Source: Promethearchaeota archaeon (lineage in GTDB: Archaea; Asgardarchaeota; Lokiarchaeia; Sigyniarchaeales; SOKP01). Taken from it: a stretch of 45,015 bases of DNA. Both the position numbers and the translations under genes were made by a program. Every line of letters begins with the position of its first letter. Position 1 is the stretch's first letter. The stretch lies in contig JBHLLU010000033.1 of assembly GCA_048938895.1 (NCBI GenBank), forward strand, positions 1 through 45,015, in the 5' to 3' direction. This document shows, piece by piece, positions 38,028 to 45,015 of this stretch. The notes below the pieces were generated by a model. That model was not told where the DNA came from, did no database searches, and was given only the letters and a program-made list of their open reading frames with translations.

Positions 38028-39212
38028 TTATATTACTATATATTGATCTAAAGTTTTTACAGATTCATCGAATTTTTGAAACAATTTCACATCTAAGATA
38101 GGTAAATTATCACATATAGTTTCCCTTAGATCTTTCTCTTTAACTTTGAACAAAGGTTTTGCTCCTTTTAGTACTAGATATAATATTGGCATTTGAGAAT
38201 TAGAGGGATGAATCTTATTACTATTATTTTTTAACGAGTTTTGTAATTTATTAATAATAGTTAATTCAAGATCCTCTTTTTTTCTGACTTCAAAATTCAA
38301 ATATATTTTTTTCCAAACATACCGTCGGTTATTTAAACGAAGGATGTTGACCTTTTTTGTAAATAAATTTAACTTTTTTGCAACTTTAACTAAAAATATT
38401 CCTCTCTTATATGAATGATCCATTGCACATGCGGCTTCCGAAGAACCCGGATTAAAAATCCAATCATCAATAATAAATTGCTTATGAAAATGACCTAGTG
38501 CTAGATAATCTACACGCTGTCTTAGATGCTGGATATCTTCTAAATTAATACCGGGAACATTATCCATTTGCCCTTCAATTCCAAAATGTTGGATAAGAAT
38601 ATTATATAGTCCCTTTTCCTTTGATATGGCTTTTCTAATTATCGAAAGTTGTTGGATGGGTTTTTCCCCAAGATATCGAGTGCCATAAACAACTATATTC
38701 TTAATTTGGATTTTACCCCCTTTATTTATTTTAAAATTATATGGTTTGAAGACCTGTTCTGAAAGTACCTCCAAATCAGCATCAAGTAAAATGATAAGGC
38801 CTAAACTATTCAGTAACTTTAACCAGGATTGACCCCTTCTTTCAAATCTAACTCCTCTGGAATATTTTCTAATATCGTGATTGCCCTCTATTGCTATAAT
38901 GAAAATTGAATTCTGAGTAAAATCTTTGAACTCCTTTAGTAAATTTATAATTGTGGTTAACTTACCGGGTAACATTTCTAAAGAAGTAAATACATCTCCT
39001 CCTAATATAATGAAATTTACCTGGTGGATAATTCCTAACTCTAGAATTTCTTGAAACGCCTGAATAAAATCATCTGATCTAAAATCATTCCTGTATTGGG
39101 CCGCTCCTAGGTGTATATCACTTGCATGAATGAATTTAACAGTATCTTTGATAGTACTCTTTGAGAAATAATCCTTTCCAAATTTATTTCTAAAATAGCT
39201 CTTATTAATCAT
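38028..39212 (-). CDS. Mre11/SbcD-like metallophosphoesterase nuclease
   Basis: SDIHLG, GGDVF, GNHD, LGHFH and NPGS motifs. Confidence 0.85.
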   Translation of the reverse strand: MINKSYFRNKFGKDYFSKSTIKDTVKFIHASDIHLGAAQYRNDFRSDDFIQAFQEILELGIIHQVNFIILGGDVFTSLEMLPGKLTTIINLLKEFKDFTQNSIFIIAIEGNHDIRKYSRGVRFERRGQSWLKLLNSLGLIILLDADLEVLSEQVFKPYNFKINKGGKIQIKNIVVYGTRYLGEKPIQQLSIIRKAISKEKGLYNILIQHFGIEGQMDNVPGINLEDIQHLRQRVDYLALGHFHKQFIIDDWIFNPGSSEAACAMDHSYKRGIFLVKVAKKLNLFTKKVNILRLNNRRYVWKKIYLNFEVRKKEDLELTIINKLQNSLKNNSNKIHPSNSQMPILYLVLKGAKPLFKVKEKDLRETICDNLPILDVKLFQKFDESVKTLDQYIVI

Positions 39213-39332
39213 GAATATTTGGTATGAATTGTTTTTCTTAGAATAATTACAAATATTTATACCAGCTTTTTAAGTAATAAAAGTCTAAAAAAGTAGTGAT
39301 TAAATAATTAAAATTCCGATGGGAAGTAAGAA

Positions 39333-39911
39333 ATGAGGAAAATAAAATACGAAATTGGAGTTATTCATGGACGATTTCAGGTACTCCATAATGATCATAT
39401 CAAATATTTAATGGCGGGTAAGGAATTATGTGAACATCTCGTAGTAGGTATCACTAATCCTGATCCATATTTAACAAGAGACTCAGATGTCAATCCTCAT
39501 CGTAGTAAACCTATTGCAAATCCTTTAACCTATTATGAGCGATACTTAATGACACAAACAGCACTTTTAGAACAAGATTTAAAGCTAACAGAGTTTTCTA
39601 TTGTACCATTTCCAATAAATATACCAGAACTCATAAAATATTATGTGCCCTTAGACGCTATCTTTTTTCTTACAATCTACGATGAATGGGGTCAACAAAA
39701 GAAAAAATACTTTCAATCTCTCGGTTTACAGATTCATATACTCTGGGAAGTCCCTTTAGAAGAAAAAGGTCTTAGTTCTAGTGATATTCGTGAAGCTATG
39801 ATCATGGGTTCGAAATGGGAGCAGTTAGTTCCTCCAAGTGTTGCAGATCTCATGAAAAAGTGGAAGATCCCTCATAGATTGGAAAGGATAAGTTTAAAAT
39901 CAGAACAATAG
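39333..39911 (+). CDS. nicotinamide/nicotinate mononucleotide adenylyltransferase-like (NadM-type)
   Basis: HGRFQVLHNDH, NPLTYYER, SSSDIR and WEQLVP motifs. Confidence 0.8.
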   Translation: MRKIKYEIGVIHGRFQVLHNDHIKYLMAGKELCEHLVVGITNPDPYLTRDSDVNPHRSKPIANPLTYYERYLMTQTALLEQDLKLTEFSIVPFPINIPELIKYYVPLDAIFFLTIYDEWGQQKKKYFQSLGLQIHILWEVPLEEKGLSSSDIREAMIMGSKWEQLVPPSVADLMKKWKIPHRLERISLKSEQ

Positions 39912-40037
39912 TTCTTCATTACTCAATTCGAGTTATTAAGCCATTTAAAAGGGATTTTAATTAATTATTAATATAACTTTTACCATATTAGAATTAATTA
40001 TACTGTTTCTGTTTTTGGTGGAAAAAAAATTACATTA

Positions 40038-40802
40038 TTGCAAATCGATCCTACGATATCTAGAATTATTCTGGTGTATGTCGTTTTTGGAATTATTGTT
40101 ATTTATTTTTCCATTCTAGCTAATCGTATAATAAAACGAAAAAAACAACGATTAAACTTAATATTTAGCGGTTTTTTTATAAGTACGATTATTGGTCTCA
40201 TTTTAAATATGATTTACGCAGGTATCAGAGCTGTTAATCAAGAAATTGATTACATTGTTATCTTTCTCCATTTTTTATCTGTATTTTGTGTGAGATTTGG
40301 ATTAATATTTATCGTAATTGTGAATATGATAATATTAGAATCTTCAATTATCTTCTCGATAAAACGGCAAAATAGATTTATCATTTTATATGGAATTTTA
40401 CTTTTTGTTGGAATGTTAATACTAATTTATCCATTTGGATTTGTAACTATTCAGGATACTTCAGGATATGCACAATGGCGTCCCGAGTTCTTTCTATTTG
40501 TTGTTTTCATGGAAACTGGATTTGCTATTATCCCAATATTTTATACTTCTTTCAAGATTTATTCCAGTTTCACCTCAATGGAATTAAAGAAAAAATGGTT
40601 CTATTATTTAATGGGTTCCTTAGGATTAGCGATCTTTAATTTATATCCAGTTGATGTATTAAACTTATTGACATGGATATTTCGAAATAAAAATGAGGAA
40701 ATTCTCATGATTTCTAGGTCAATAATAACCGTAATAGGTGTTTCAGTAATTTTATGGGTTTCTCTAATGTATTATGGAATAGGATCTAAATTAAAACAAT
40801 AG
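40038..40802 (+). CDS. multi-pass (about 7 TM) membrane protein of unknown function
   Basis: About seven hydrophobic segments separated by basic loops; no soluble output domain. Confidence 0.7.
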   Translation: MQIDPTISRIILVYVVFGIIVIYFSILANRIIKRKKQRLNLIFSGFFISTIIGLILNMIYAGIRAVNQEIDYIVIFLHFLSVFCVRFGLIFIVIVNMIILESSIIFSIKRQNRFIILYGILLFVGMLILIYPFGFVTIQDTSGYAQWRPEFFLFVVFMETGFAIIPIFYTSFKIYSSFTSMELKKKWFYYLMGSLGLAIFNLYPVDVLNLLTWIFRNKNEEILMISRSIITVIGVSVILWVSLMYYGIGSKLKQ

Positions 40803-40976
40803 CCAAATTCTCAAAATTTCTATATTTGACAGTCTACTTTTAATTTTATTAACCTTTTGATTCTTAATTTTCATGGCATAATTTCCCTTTTTTCACATGA
40901 AAAAAAGAAAACCTTATAAATATTTTTGAGAACTATTACTTAACCGTTTAAATTTTTTCATGGTAAGGAGATTAGG

Positions 40977-42083
40977 TTGGCAGTAATTGGTAAGAAAGAT
41001 TTATTTCTCCAAGAGGAACAAACTTATTTTCAAAAATTCCTTGCTAGAAATGGTGAAGAATATGGTTTAAGATTTGGAAGCCCAAAAGATGCCAATGCTA
41101 TTTCCATGATGTTTAAAGAAATATATGGTTATAAGTATATCAATCCTTTAGTTTATGATGTAGATTATATAAAACAAGATTTAGTAAAACCTAATAACTT
41201 TTGGCTTGTAGGGGAACTGATAGATACAAAAGAAATTGCTGGTGTAGGGCTTATAGAAAAGAAGAGATATATTGCTCATAGTAGCAAAGGTATGACAAGG
41301 AAAAAATTTCAAGGTAAAGGTGTGACCACTAAAATTGGAGCAGCAGGGCTGATATCTATAACAAAAATGCCCCAATTTAAAGAAGTGTTAAAAATTGATA
41401 CAGAAGTTCGGGGACCGGAAGTAAGAGCACAAAAGCTTAATCAAAATGCAGGTGCAATAAACTATGGCTTAATCCCTGCTTATATAAATTTTGGAGATAA
41501 AAGACATTTCAAAGCAAATGATAATACTCCATATCCTCCAAAACAAGAAGAAGCAGCATTTATGTATTCTATTATATTCAAAAACTTATGGCGCATAAGA
41601 GATAAAGAGGTCTATTTAATTGATGATGATGATTTACTCTTTTTCTATAATCATGTTAAAAGTCAATGCAAAAAAATGAACTATGATAATTTGGTAATTA
41701 AGAAAGGTAAAAAAAATAAGGGATATGAGTTATATGGTGTTTCAAAAGACTATTATAATGGTTTAGTAAATTTATATGGAAATATTCAGGAAAAATCTTT
41801 GGTTAATTTGTTAAAAACTTATCGTAAGTGGAGGATTATTCTGTGGAAAGTTCCTGTTACTCAGAACGGAATCCATTCAATGGCACTTGCACTTGAAAAA
41901 GGATTTAATGTGGTTGGATATGATGTAGGTTTCAATAATATGAATTGGAAATTATTTGATTCAGTAATTTTTGCTTATTATCCTATCGGGGCAAGATCTC
42001 AAGTCTTTGATGTAAATTATCTTGAAGAAAATAAACCTCTCTTTAACAAAGTTAGAGAAATATTTTTCTCCCGAATTAACTAG
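40977..42083 (+). CDS. GNAT-like N-acetyltransferase domain protein
   Basis: KFQGKGV motif A-like segment; DANAISMMFKEIYGYKY. Confidence 0.6.
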   Translation: MAVIGKKDLFLQEEQTYFQKFLARNGEEYGLRFGSPKDANAISMMFKEIYGYKYINPLVYDVDYIKQDLVKPNNFWLVGELIDTKEIAGVGLIEKKRYIAHSSKGMTRKKFQGKGVTTKIGAAGLISITKMPQFKEVLKIDTEVRGPEVRAQKLNQNAGAINYGLIPAYINFGDKRHFKANDNTPYPPKQEEAAFMYSIIFKNLWRIRDKEVYLIDDDDLLFFYNHVKSQCKKMNYDNLVIKKGKKNKGYELYGVSKDYYNGLVNLYGNIQEKSLVNLLKTYRKWRIILWKVPVTQNGIHSMALALEKGFNVVGYDVGFNNMNWKLFDSVIFAYYPIGARSQVFDVNYLEENKPLFNKVREIFFSRIN

Positions 42084-42119
42084 TTACCTTCTTGCCTATT
42101 CAGGATTTAGTTTTAATAC

Positions 42120-42575
42120 TTATAATAAAAGGGAAACTACTTTTTCTTCCAACGTCTGAGTTCCTGTGCCAAATATTTTATCTATTGTTTTTCTAAATGG
42201 CTCGAACTTAGCAACTTCAGTTACCTTGCATCCATTATATTCTGAAATAAATCGTTCAAGTAATTTATTCAAAAGAGGTTTAATTGTCCTATTCAAATAC
42301 TTTTCTAACCTCTCGTCTTTATCTATTACAATAAAAGAGAGTATATCCTGATTTTTCCCATAAAAATCTTGTATTTTGCCTTTCTTAAATATTATGGTAT
42401 ATTTACTGCTTTCGAAATATTCTATTGGTGCCATCAAGCATTCAGCAAAGGTTAAGAGCCCACTCATAAGTCCACTTGAACATATTAAATCCGTTTTTTC
42501 CTTACTCGCTCTATGATAACTAGCAAATATCACGGGTATACCATTGAAGATGATACCGGCTTCTCTTATTAACAT
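42120..42575 (-). CDS. longin-like domain protein (Asgard eukaryotic-signature type)
   Basis: beta-beta-alpha(SGLMSGLLTFA)-beta-beta-beta-alpha(LLERFISEY)-alpha(FEPFRKTIDKIF) pattern. Confidence 0.6.
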   Translation of the reverse strand: MLIREAGIIFNGIPVIFASYHRASKEKTDLICSSGLMSGLLTFAECLMAPIEYFESSKYTIIFKKGKIQDFYGKNQDILSFIVIDKDERLEKYLNRTIKPLLNKLLERFISEYNGCKVTEVAKFEPFRKTIDKIFGTGTQTLEEKVVSLLL

Positions 42576-43018
42576 AATAACTCCAATAAGGGTTTAGACT
42601 AAATCGCGATTAGAATATATTCTTGGTGGTTGATCTTTATATACAACGAAATTTACCCTTTTAAATATTAGCCTATTAATAATAATTCGTTCCGATAGAA
42701 CAACAGTTACCTTCAACGAATTTAATAATAATTAATGTCGATTTTTTGTCGTTTTTACAGTGAAGATAATTGATTCTATTCAAAATTTGAACCAACAATC
42801 AGAAGGAAGATATAAAAAAAAAAGAAAAATTAGATAAATTTGCGTTTTTGTCTCCAAGCGAGTCCTATTACTCCTATTAAGAAGGCCATTAATATCAAAA
42901 ATGCAATTCCTTCACAATAATTTCTAATAGAAATTCAAGAAATCATTAAAATTCTAAAAAATCAGTATGCTAATTAATAGAAAACAAATAAAAAAAAGTT
43001 ATAAAAAAAGTTTTAGGT

Positions 43019-44458
43019 TTATTTCTTCTTGTGTTTAGGTTCAATCTTCTTGATTATTATTGATTCAGCATGAATCTTACAATTCTTTAGGATTACTTTG
43101 AATCCGCCAGCCCCACCAACTCCAGGAATCGTCATACCAACAGTTCCCATAGGAACCATCGCACCTTCCTCTTCCCATTCTTCTTCTTCCTCTTCCACAC
43201 CACCCACAGCGGCTTTGTATTCTTCAGTCTCTATGATTGGGTGTTGAACCTTTTCTAACCAGGCAGGTAATTCACTTAATTCAGCGACATCTTCTTCTGT
43301 TGGAATTTTATCTCGTATATCTTCTGGAAGAAGATCATATACACGATCTTTAACCGTCTTTCCCATCCATACAATTGTATAGATTCCACCATCCAATCCA
43401 GCACTTATCCCATCATATTTTTGATATTTAGGCGATATAATGTATTGTATGCTTATACCATTAAATCCGGGCATTTGTTTTCCTCCGCCTGTTTGGTTGG
43501 CCATTGCACTGAAGGGCAAACCATTAATAGCAACTCCATCATGATTTCTGTCAATAATACCATGACCTGCTCCAGTTTCTGGAATAAAGAAATCTATTGC
43601 TTCAAAGCAACCGCAACTGGTATGTGGATATTCCATTCCGCTATAAAGATAAATTCTATCGATTTCTCCAAGTGAACGCTTTTTAATCATTTCATTAACA
43701 CCCGTAAACTCACCTGCTAATTCGTTTAAACACTCACCCATGGGAACTTCAAAAAGTGGCCCCTTCGGGTCTACACGAGCAGCAGCTCTCGCATCAAACC
43801 AAGAGATAGATCCACATAAGCTCATACGATTTGGAGTAATACAACAGGCATGCGTTGGTGCAAAAGATTGGCACAACACGCAGCCGTAGAACATATCTAC
43901 ATCTTCATCATTAATACTTCGAGCTCGCTCATCTCGCTTGTTGTAAATCTCTAAAGCAAAATTGTAAGGCTTTTCAATTTCTTTAGGATCTGTTATTAAA
44001 GTAACTTGGCATTTTTTAATAATTGGGAGTTCTGCCTTATAAAGTCTAATAAGGACAGTACCAAGCATTTCAAGAGTGTTAAATCCTTTTTCTATTAAGT
44101 TCTTTGAAAGCCTCATCCAGTTGGTATAGCGTTGGTTCAAGTGCATAATCCCATTTACGAAATTGCAGAACTCATGGACTCTGCGCTCAAACACAGCTTC
44201 CAGGTCTTCCTCTAGTTCTGGTCCTGCAACTTCTACCAAAATCCCTATAGGGTAGCGTTCACCCTCTTTCATATCTTTAATGTCAGGACCTATTATAGTA
44301 ATCTTTCCATCTTCTATTTCCTTGTCTGGTTTCACGCGCACAAGTTCAAAATGCTTCTCTATTTTAGGACCACCAAGTTCTACATACATTTGGTTTCCTC
44401 TAATACGTTCTCCTTCATATACAGGTCCCACATCGAAAGGTAAATCAGAAAAACTCAT
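43019..44458 (-). CDS. cdhC: CO dehydrogenase/acetyl-CoA synthase beta subunit
   Basis: PVYEGERIR, FYGCVLCQSFAPTHAC and PHTSCGCFE A-cluster ligands; acidic C-terminal linker. Confidence 0.96.
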   Translation of the reverse strand: MSFSDLPFDVGPVYEGERIRGNQMYVELGGPKIEKHFELVRVKPDKEIEDGKITIIGPDIKDMKEGERYPIGILVEVAGPELEEDLEAVFERRVHEFCNFVNGIMHLNQRYTNWMRLSKNLIEKGFNTLEMLGTVLIRLYKAELPIIKKCQVTLITDPKEIEKPYNFALEIYNKRDERARSINDEDVDMFYGCVLCQSFAPTHACCITPNRMSLCGSISWFDARAAARVDPKGPLFEVPMGECLNELAGEFTGVNEMIKKRSLGEIDRIYLYSGMEYPHTSCGCFEAIDFFIPETGAGHGIIDRNHDGVAINGLPFSAMANQTGGGKQMPGFNGISIQYIISPKYQKYDGISAGLDGGIYTIVWMGKTVKDRVYDLLPEDIRDKIPTEEDVAELSELPAWLEKVQHPIIETEEYKAAVGGVEEEEEEWEEEGAMVPMGTVGMTIPGVGGAGGFKVILKNCKIHAESIIIKKIEPKHKKK

Positions 44459-44499
44459 TTCATAAATCTCCTCAATTTTTTTTATTTTTTTTTTAAAAA

Positions 44500-45015
44500 T
44501 TATAGCTTTTCAATTAAACTTTCTAAAAATTCTTTCCAATCAGTATCACTTAGATTTGGTAAGCTAAATCTAGCGTTTGGGTGTGCGTATTTATCTAAAT
44601 CAATTGTTTTTACCCAATTCGTAAAGTTTTTAATTCGAGACATTGCTTGAGAGACATAAAATACGAGATGACCACCGAATATTGCCATGGAATATTGTCC
44701 CTCTCCATCTAGTCCTATCCAGTCTTTATCACATAAGCGGTTAGTTATGTTTATTAAAGACATATCGTAGAGTCTTCCGTCAGTTATCTTATACTTCACA
44801 TAACTATATGCATGACCTGTAGTGACCACATGACAATCGATTTTATTAACGATTTCAACAAAATAATCAGCAACTTTTTTGCCATCAAGCTCCCAGTTTA
44901 ACGACTCAGCACCAATAACAAAAACTTTTTTCATAGGGCTTTTCAGAAAATTCGCCATTACAGCAGGATCTGAAACAGAAACACCCATTTCAGGGCCTGG
45001 AATGTTTGCTTTTTG
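44500..45015 (-). CDS. cdhB: CODH/ACS epsilon subunit (5' end probably outside the window)
   Basis: W.GLDGEGQY and HPNARFSLPNL motifs; frame open to the window edge (QKANIPGPEMG). Confidence 0.88.
   Translation of the reverse strand, partial: QKANIPGPEMGVSVSDPAVMANFLKSPMKKVFVIGAESLNWELDGKKVADYFVEIVNKIDCHVVTTGHAYSYVKYKITDGRLYDMSLINITNRLCDKDWIGLDGEGQYSMAIFGGHLVFYVSQAMSRIKNFTNWVKTIDLDKYAHPNARFSLPNLSDTDWKEFLESLIEKL

Noticed and set aside
43019-43210. Acidic/Gly-rich CdhC tail as a novel domain
   Set aside because: Acidic linker plus terminal domain is a normal feature of archaeal ACDS beta subunits
900-44465. Short antisense or overlapping ORFs in the track (e.g. 900-1223, 4535-4819, 20782-21099, 23755-24126, 43421-43675)
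   Set aside because: They lie within well-supported genes and have no motifs; treated as shadow ORFs

Overview
AT-rich archaeal chromosomal window, most consistent with an Asgard archaeon of the Lokiarchaeia type. That call is an inference from gene content: a crenarchaeal-type PolB1, a longin-like protein, a beta-helix surface protein, archaeal CODH/ACS and AGGTGA ribosome-binding sites. No mobile element or CRISPR array was seen. The main feature is an ~11.4 kb phosphate island (3.8-15.3 kb) containing three DUF47/PhoU-like paralogs, a PiT transporter with one altered signature, an AbrB-PhoU regulator, a cytoplasmic alkaline-phosphatase-superfamily hydrolase and an ABC importer that is not PstSCAB. 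The importer has an unusual binding protein, a fused CysT/CysW-like permease, an unannotated 32-aa membrane peptide, and two ATPases whose degenerate motifs all map to one composite ATP site. Four intergenic regions of the island carry CTATATA(G) boxes, mostly in 9-10 bp-periodic arrays, which form a candidate operator. The rest of the window holds tRNA-Thr(UGU), PolB1, tetraether synthase (tes) with co-oriented putative lipid genes, a two-component pair whose kinase probably starts at CTG, NAD salvage genes, an orphan Mre11-like nuclease, a Rho_N-SWIM-OB protein, a protein ending in an HbYX motif, and cdhC/cdhB.
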